Assembly: GCF_006345805.1 (NCBI RefSeq)
Contig: NW_021834906.1
Span: 1-44,438, forward strand
Reading direction: 5' to 3'
Source of the DNA: Octopus sinensis
Lineage: Eukaryota
DNA length: 44,438 bases
Shown here piece by piece: positions 37,346-44,438 of the stretch (the first letter of the stretch is position 1; each line of letters starts with the position of its first letter). The notes beneath the pieces were generated by a model. The model made no database searches and was not told the DNA's origin. It was given only the letters and a program-made list of their open reading frames with translations. Both the position numbers and the translations under genes were made by a program.

Positions 37346-37347
37346 AT

Positions 37348-37470
<123 letters not shown>

Positions 37471-37478
37471 AATATATA

Positions 37479-37704
37479 GGCGCGCAGGAGTGGCTGTGTG
37501 GTAAGTAGCTTGCTACCAACCACATGGTTCCGGGTTCAGTCCCACTGCGTGGCATCTTGGGCAAGTGTCTTCTGCTATAGCCTCGGGCCAACCAATGCCT
37601 TGTGAGTGGATTTGGTAGACGGAAACTGAAAGAAGCCTGTCGTATATATATATATATATATATATAATATATTATATATATATATGTCTATTCCTTTTAA
37701 GGTA

Positions 37705-37772
<68 letters not shown>

Positions 37773-38046
37773 ATATATAATATGGGAATTAAAATATATA
37801 TATATATATATTATATATGTATGTATGTGTGTGTATGTGTTTGTGTTCTATGTTTGTCCCCCTAGCATTGCTTGACAAACGATGCTGGTGTGTTTACGTC
37901 CCCATCGGCAAAAGAGACCGATAGAATAAGTACTGGGCTTACAAAGAATAAGTCCCGGGCTCGATTTGCTCGACTAAAGGCGGTGCTCCAGCATGGCCGC
38001 AGTCAAATGACTGAAACAAGTAAAAGAGTAAAAGAGTAAAAGAGTA
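37479..38046 (+). mobile_element. SINE family A with expanded internal (TA)n
   Basis: Head and tail match family A; internal repeat expanded to ~190 bp. Confidence 0.92.
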
Positions 38047-38521
38047 TATCACAAAATACACAGATACTTAGATAAATAGATATATGCATAATATACACAT
38101 ACATTTACATTTAGCTAACGCGCTCGATGCAAATATAATCTGTTTGGCACGGTTAAAATATGCAAGAGTTTTCTCAAGTTTTGAATGGAACTTTGTATAT
38201 CACTTTAGTTGTTTTTTCTAGATTCATTCATCGACTTCGAGTTTCTGGTCTTATCAAGGTAAAAGGCACGCCATCTAAGTCTAGAAATAAATTCGCTCGC
38301 TTTATATGTATGAATTCTTGGATTGAATAGGTATATTGCATACAAGAACTTATTGAACTTATTGCTTTTCGTATTTCAATGTTTACTGTTGGTGACATCC
38401 CGTACCCGATATTGCATATATGTGCATGCACATACACACGCACACACACACACACACCACACACACACACAAACCACACACCACACACACACACATATAA
38501 TATATATATATATATATATAT

Positions 38522-38711
38522 GTTTTTATAGAAGGAGCTTCTACAGGACTAGAACTGTTTCATTCAAAAGAAATCATCAGGAAGCCTGATGATTTCTTTT
38601 GAATGAAACAGTTCTAGTCCTGTAGAAGCTCCTTCTATAAAATAAATTAATTTACTCTGCTATGTATTGAGTACCTTATTTACTGTGGTTAACCCCGGCT
38701 CAACCCGGGAC

Positions 38712-38713
<2 letters not shown>
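38522..38713. mobile_element. Fold-back element 8: perfect 58-bp hairpin with 3-nt loop
   Basis: 38524-38581 is the exact reverse complement of 38585-38642; left end in (TA)n, right tail ends in (CA)n. Confidence 0.85.
38537..38585 (-). ncRNA. Type I hammerhead ribozyme motif (canonical CUGAUGA core)
   Basis: GCTTC-CTGATGA-TTTC TTTT GAAT-GAAA-CAG ttctagtc CTG-TA^GAAGC. Confidence 0.75.
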
Positions 38714-38764
<51 letters not shown>

Positions 38765-39305
38765 ATATATATATATATATATACATACATATACATATAT
38801 ATGTATATATATTCTATATATGTATTATATATATATTTTTTTGTATGTATACACGTGTATAGCTTTGGATAAGTGCGTATAGGTATCCGTGCGTGCGTGT
38901 GTCTCTGATGTCTGTTATTCATGTTTTTGTAGCTGATTCTGTTAACAGTTAATTCGTACTTATTTAATTGAAATCCTTAATGAAATTACGCTGTAATTCA
39001 TTTTGCCTTTAACCCTTTCAAGGTTGATAAAATCATTATTAGTTTTGGGTCGATACGGTCGTCTGTTTCTCTCTCGACGTGGTACCCTCCGTCGTCTCCA
39101 TAAATCAATAATTCTCATCATCCTTTGTAAAATACAATTATCCACCGAAATTTCAAGTAATTGACTAACTGCGCGAATTAGTGTTTGGGATAATTTAATT
39201 CATAAATAAATTAATAGTGATTGGGATGATGATGATGATGAGGAGGAGGAGGATGACGAAAACGTCTACGACGACGACAATGACAAGAGCAATAACAACA
39301 ACAGC

Positions 39306-39380
<75 letters not shown>

Positions 39381-39390
39381 AAATAATATA

Positions 39391-39945
39391 ATTGCCCTGA
39401 TGCAGTACCAGGCAGTGGCTCTCATGGCTTCTGATCTTAACTGACTGGAAGTGTTATCATGTACATTGTTTTTCTTGGTATAAAAGATGGGCTACAGCAA
39501 ATATTCTGCTCAATAACCACAGATTTGCTTGTCAGTTGTTGACCTTAACCAGTTGAGCATATCCCTTAGGGGCTGACGATATGTGCATCTCTGATCACGA
39601 GCAGAAGTAGTGGGGGAGCATCATAGCCATGTGTTGAGAGGGATTCTTGGAGGTTTGAATAATTCACCTCTGGAAACATGGGTGGTTCTTTCAACATCCT
39701 TAAACAACCCTTATTCAGGGACCTTTTGAGCGGGATGGGCTACTCAACCTGAAGAAAATTCTAACTGGGCCCCACCTGCAAGGTCATGTGCTGTTTATCT
39801 TGATATGAGATCACCATGTCGCGCACATATGGTTGTGATGCATGTGCCTGGTGTACCTTTATCAGACGGGTAGTCATGATGGGTATATTGGGCTTCGTAT
39901 ATTTTACCCCAGTGTCACTTGATGGCATGCACTGCTCTCTCACTC
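39391..39945 (+). mobile_element. Non-coding (AAT)n-tailed retroposon E, longest copy
   Basis: Three copies in the window; ends ctctctcactc-(AAT)n; embedded in (AAT)n. Confidence 0.8.
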
Positions 39946-39981
<36 letters not shown>

Positions 39982-40039
39982 GAATATAATAATAATAATA
40001 ATAATAATATAATAATAATGATATAATAATAATAATATG

Positions 40040-40663
40040 TTCAATACCACAGATTTGTTCGTCAATTGTTTGACCATAACCAGTTGAGCATGTCCCTTAG
40101 TGGCTGACGATATGTGCATCTCTGATCACGAGCAGAAGTAGTGGGGGAGCATCATAGCCATGTATCCAGAGGAATTCTTTGAGGTTTGGATAATTCACCT
40201 TTGGAAACATGGGTGTTTTGTTCATCATCCTTAAACAACCCTTATTCAGGGACCTTTTAAACGGGATGGGCTATTTTACCTGAAGATTCTGACTGAGCCC
40301 CACCTGCAAGGTCATGTGCTGTTTTTCTTGATATGATATCACCATGTCGCGCACATATATATTTCTTTACTACCCACAAGGGGCCAAACACAGAGGGGAC
40401 AAACAAGGACAGACAAAGGGATTAAGTCGACTACATCGACCCCAGTGCGTAACTGGTACTTAATTTATCGACCCCGAAAGGATGAAAGGCAAAGTCGACC
40501 TCGGCGGAATTTGAACTCGGAACGTAACGACAGACGAAATACGGCTACGAATCTCGCCCGGCGTGCTAACGTTTCTACCAGCTCGCCGCCTTATAGTCGC
40601 ACATATAGTCGCGATGCATGTGCCTAGTGTACCATTATCAGACAGGTTGTCATGATGGGTGTA
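40040..40663 (+). mobile_element. Second element E copy, interrupted by SINE C and abutting a LINE
   Basis: Matches 39510-39890; resumes after the SINE at ~40598. Confidence 0.8.
40360..40591 (-). mobile_element. SINE family C inserted in element E
   Basis: cgcacatata repeated at 40350-40359 and 40598-40607 (probable TSD). Confidence 0.9.
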
Positions 40664-42562
40664 CGCTAACAGCAGAAGAAGTGGAAGAATTCTGGAAAGA
40701 AATATGGTCGGCGAATGAACAACCACAGAAAAGGAGTATTAAAACAACGAACTCAGCTGCTGAAAAACTCAGAAACCCCTATAACAACTGTATAGGTCAC
40801 CCAGGCACTGAAAAGTATAAGCAACTGGAAGGCACCCGGGCACGATATGATCTCCAACTTCTGGTTAAAATTTCTAACAGGAACACATAAAAAGCTGGCT
40901 GAGAAATTTAATCACATATTAGCAGAGCCAGAGACAATGCTTGAATGGCTCACAGAACGGAAAACTATCCTAATGCCCAAATCCACTGAAACGGTAAACC
41001 CACAAAATTACAGACAAATAAGTTGTGTCCCTAAAATTTACAAGGCCTTTACTGCAATAATATCGCAGAAAATGAGCAAGCATCTGGAAGAAAACAACCT
41101 GTTTCCAGAAGAGCAGAAGGGATGCTGCAAGGGCTCATACGGCTGTAAAGATCAACTAATGATCAATAAAACCATAATTGAAGACAGTCGCAGAAAGAAG
41201 AATGGCCTCAGTATGGCCTGGATTGATTACCGAAAGGTTTATGATAGTGTATCCCACGCATGGATCCTAGAAACACTAGCCATGAACAACGTGGCACGAA
41301 TAATATTAAATATATAAAACATTCCATGAATAAATGGCAGATATGTGCTACAGCTCAAGACAAAAAAGAGAGACTCGTAAAAACCAAAGCCATCTCCATT
41401 AGAAGAGGAACATCCCAGTTAGACATGCTTTCTCTACTCCTTTTTTTTGCTTGGCATTGACACCTTTATCTGACATGCTAAACAGAATTGAATGCGGATA
41501 CAACTGTTACGGCAAATCAATCAGCCACCTTTTATATATGGATGACTAAAAGTGTACACTATAAATGATAAACGACTAGACACATTACTACAGACAGTAC
41601 GTGGATTTACTAAAGAAGTAGATATGAAATTTGGCTTAGAAAAATGTGCTAAATCAAACTTTCAAAGAGGAAAACTAGTTAAGAGTAGCAACATCACACT
41701 AGATATAGCAAATGAAATAAGAGAATCAGACCAAAGTCAGACATACAAATATTTAGGAATCAATGAACTAGGTATAATACAACACAGAAAATAATAAAGA
41801 ATGCTATAGACGAGTTAGATTAATACTGAAAACAGAGCTCAATGCGAAAAACAAGATGATAGATATCAACACTTTAGCCGCCCCAGTTATGACTTACAGC
41901 TACAATATCCTTAACTGGGCACTAAATGAACTAATTGAAATAGACAGGAAAACAAGAAAAATAATCACGGGATTTATGATGCACCACCCAAAATCTGACA
42001 TAGACAGGTTATATATACAACGTATAGAAGGTGTTGGAGCTAGAAAACTATTTTTATCACTTGGTCAACTGAAGACCAAGTGATAAAAACAACTTGAGAA
42101 AATATGTGTATAGGGCGAGTGTGTGGAATTTGGGATGGAGAAATGGCACACAGTGTAGCAGAATATCCCAAGTTGGCTCAGGAGAATATAAGTAATGGAG
42201 GCATTACCAAGATTGTAAAGAAAGAAAATGAAAAATTTTAAAAAACAATCACTGAAAAAATTTGTGATTGTGAGAATTTGGAATATGAAATCTATAAAAC
42301 TTGTGCCTGTAACAACTGATGCATTAGGGACTGTGAGTAATGATATAGATAAATGGTTAAAGGAAGTTGGAATAGAATGTCCTGCAGAGCTTCTACAGCA
42401 AGTTTGCCTCTTAGGGACAAGAAAGATTATCAGAAGTGTTTTGGGAACTTGAAAGATTTATTGAAAGCTTGTGGGTATCTAAGGTCACAGGTAGAAACCC
42501 GATATCCACGTAAATTCTGCCGAATGTAAGATCAATTCTTGAGTCACGTCGAATAATAATAA
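40664..42562 (+). mobile_element. 5'-truncated, frameshifted R4/Dong-clade non-LTR retrotransposon (RT plus RLE)
   Basis: EEVEEFWKEIW; NYRQISC..EEQKGC..KDQLMINK..WIDYRKVYDSVSH; HLLYMDD (41526-41546); YKYLGI; INTLAAPVMTYS..DRKTRK..HPKSDIDRLY; LVPVTTDALG..LLQQVCLLGT; 3' tail (AAT)n. Confidence 0.92.
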
Positions 42563-42599
42563 TTATTTTATTCGCGATCATGGCTCACGTGGATACGAG

Positions 42600-43200
42600 G
42601 ACATTACAATAACCATGTTGGTGAGAGGTATTTACGCATAAAGAAACTAAAAGAAAAGAAGCATGGCGACAATGAAATTGCCAGAATAGTTGGGTGACCT
42701 CTGAAAGAGAGGATCTGAAATATAGAGTCAACCTGACCAATAAGGCAAGCTCCATCTCTAGGCTGTCCTCTTCTATTTCCGAAAGCTCATACTCTTAGCA
42801 GGCAGTTTCAATAGGATCATACGCGACACTCCTATCTACCACTCAACGAATTTTCTGGAAGGTAGCACTTAATTCTCTCCACTCACTTTGTTTTCCAAAT
42901 TTCACTTTAAAAAATTGATGAGATTTTTTCAAAGAGGAATTTGTTTGTTTTCACCCCCATATAATCTCGTACATCACACAGCCCTTTCCGTCTTGCTTAC
43001 TAGACTGACAGATAAAATCTGCCTGCAATTCCTGGCTAGATAAATGTGGAGGGCGATTTTTACAAAAGGACTCTGTCCTTTATCAGTACTACACATGAAC
43101 GACAGCTACTTGACTCGACTCTAAGTGAGCAATACTTATACAATTGACAAGTGTATTGCAGAGTGATTTCATCTCTGCATGTAAAAGTGCCTACTCGACT
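42600..43200 (-). mobile_element. Old CR1/Jockey-group LINE RT remnant
   Basis: ADEITLQYT (~YADDSTLH), GQVDSIFQ (~LDRIQ), HCRHASFL..HGYCN (~HRRNVASL..HGxCS); by eye. Confidence 0.5.
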
Positions 43201-43385
43201 GACAGGATTTCCATACCTGCAGAATTTATCTCAAGCCGGCAGTGTGCTTCAGACTAGGTAAACAGTTTTAGTGTCTACCACAGAGTGCGATCCATTAGAA
43301 ACTCCAGCGCTAGAAGATGGGGTTCAGCCGCGTGCGAAAATCAAGGACTATCAATCGAATAGATTTCCACGCGTTTTCTAACAAA

Positions 43386-43785
43386 TCTTTATATATAAAA
43401 GTGAGGTTGTGTGCTGTCTGTCTCCTACGATTTAGATTCCTAACTACTCCCACATTTTGCGGTGCAGTGTAACCAAAAGCGGGTATCTTATAGTCGTGAT
43501 TCATATCGAGCCCTTCTGGGTATTAGCGCGCGTCTACGATGAGTCTACGATTTAAAAAAAAATTTACCATCAATTTTTCCCATTTTTAATGCATTTTTGG
43601 CATATATAAGGGGAGTAACTCTCTAAAAATGTATTATTAAATCTCAGAACGTAAAAAAGCTACAGTAACACCCCCACCCCTTTGTGGTTTGCCGTATTGA
43701 GATGGCTATTATACTTTACATCTCTAAAAATGCTTATATAGTTATTTCCCTTACAAACCCGAGCAACGCCGGGCGATACTGCTAG
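43386..43785 (+). mobile_element. Non-autonomous Helitron
   Basis: A|TC..atatataaaag start, hairpin cccgagcaacgccggg (43758-43773), CTAG|T end. Confidence 0.8.
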
Positions 43786-44316
43786 TTCCATATAGAATTA
43801 TTTAGTCGACTGAGGGCTACAGTACGAAATGTCGTGCAATGGAGACGAATCATGACCAAGCTAATTGCTTTGGGATTTTCTAAATCACGTATTTATATCT
43901 GTGTTTATTATTGCTGGACTGATAAATCAAAAATCATGTTCGACGCACGCATCATTACAAACTTTATTCATTATTACATAAAACGATTTTATGTGTTCGC
44001 TTGACCTGACAGAGCTGGTAGCCAAATGTATTTATCATGTAACACCCTACGATCTTGGAAGAATGGAAGAAGAATATTTTTGATTAATGTAACCCAGGAA
44101 GCAAACATCGACTAGAAAAAGATGAGATTGTGACGGGCAGAATGCTTTTTCTTCATAGATTTATTCAATCATGGTTGACTTTGTTCTAAATAGCAGTAAC
44201 AACATGAATCATTACTTTTTAGTTTTATTTTGCTAACATTTAAAAAAAAAATTTTTTTTATCTAGTTTCAGCTCACAAGCTGTGGCCATGCTGGGGCACC
44301 GCAGCATGTGATTTTT

Positions 44317-44329
44317 AAAATTATTATTA

Positions 44330-44398
<69 letters not shown>

Positions 44399-44438
44399 TA
44401 TTGTTGTTGTTCTTGTTCTTGTTACTGTCGTTGTCGTT
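44317..44438. repeat. (TTA)n/(TTG)n microsatellite
   Basis: Direct reading. Confidence 0.95.

Noticed and set aside
43808-43842. CTGAGGG..CGAAATGTC resembling an HHR
   Set aside because: A9 is substituted, there is no stem II or stem I pairing and no fold-back context.

Overview
AT-rich eukaryotic, repeat-saturated DNA with no confidently identifiable host gene. The SINE families and microsatellite load look like an octopus (coleoid cephalopod) genome; this is inferred from recognition, not from a search. The window contains about 25 tRNA-derived SINE copies from 4-5 families (several with TSDs), a decayed Ty3/Gypsy pol (7.6-12.1 kb, minus), a decayed mariner, several R4/Dong-type RLE LINE fragments tied to (AAT)n, an (AAT)n-tailed non-coding retroposon, two non-autonomous Helitrons, a hAT MITE and long (CATA)n/(AAT)n/(TA)n tracts. 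The most notable signal is a set of eight mutually unrelated fold-back elements. Each has two 3' ends pointing outward, nearly always into microsatellites. Five carry a readable type I hammerhead ribozyme (HHR) motif and two more a damaged one. Their catalytic cores vary (CUGAUGA, CUGAAGA, CCGAUGA, CCGAAGA, UUGAUAA, AUGAAUA) in ways that keep the 3-8 base pair. This matches Penelope-like element (PLE) pseudo-LTR remnants, but the core variants and the position of the fold-back apex deserve testing. All alignments and folds were done by eye; nothing was computed or searched.
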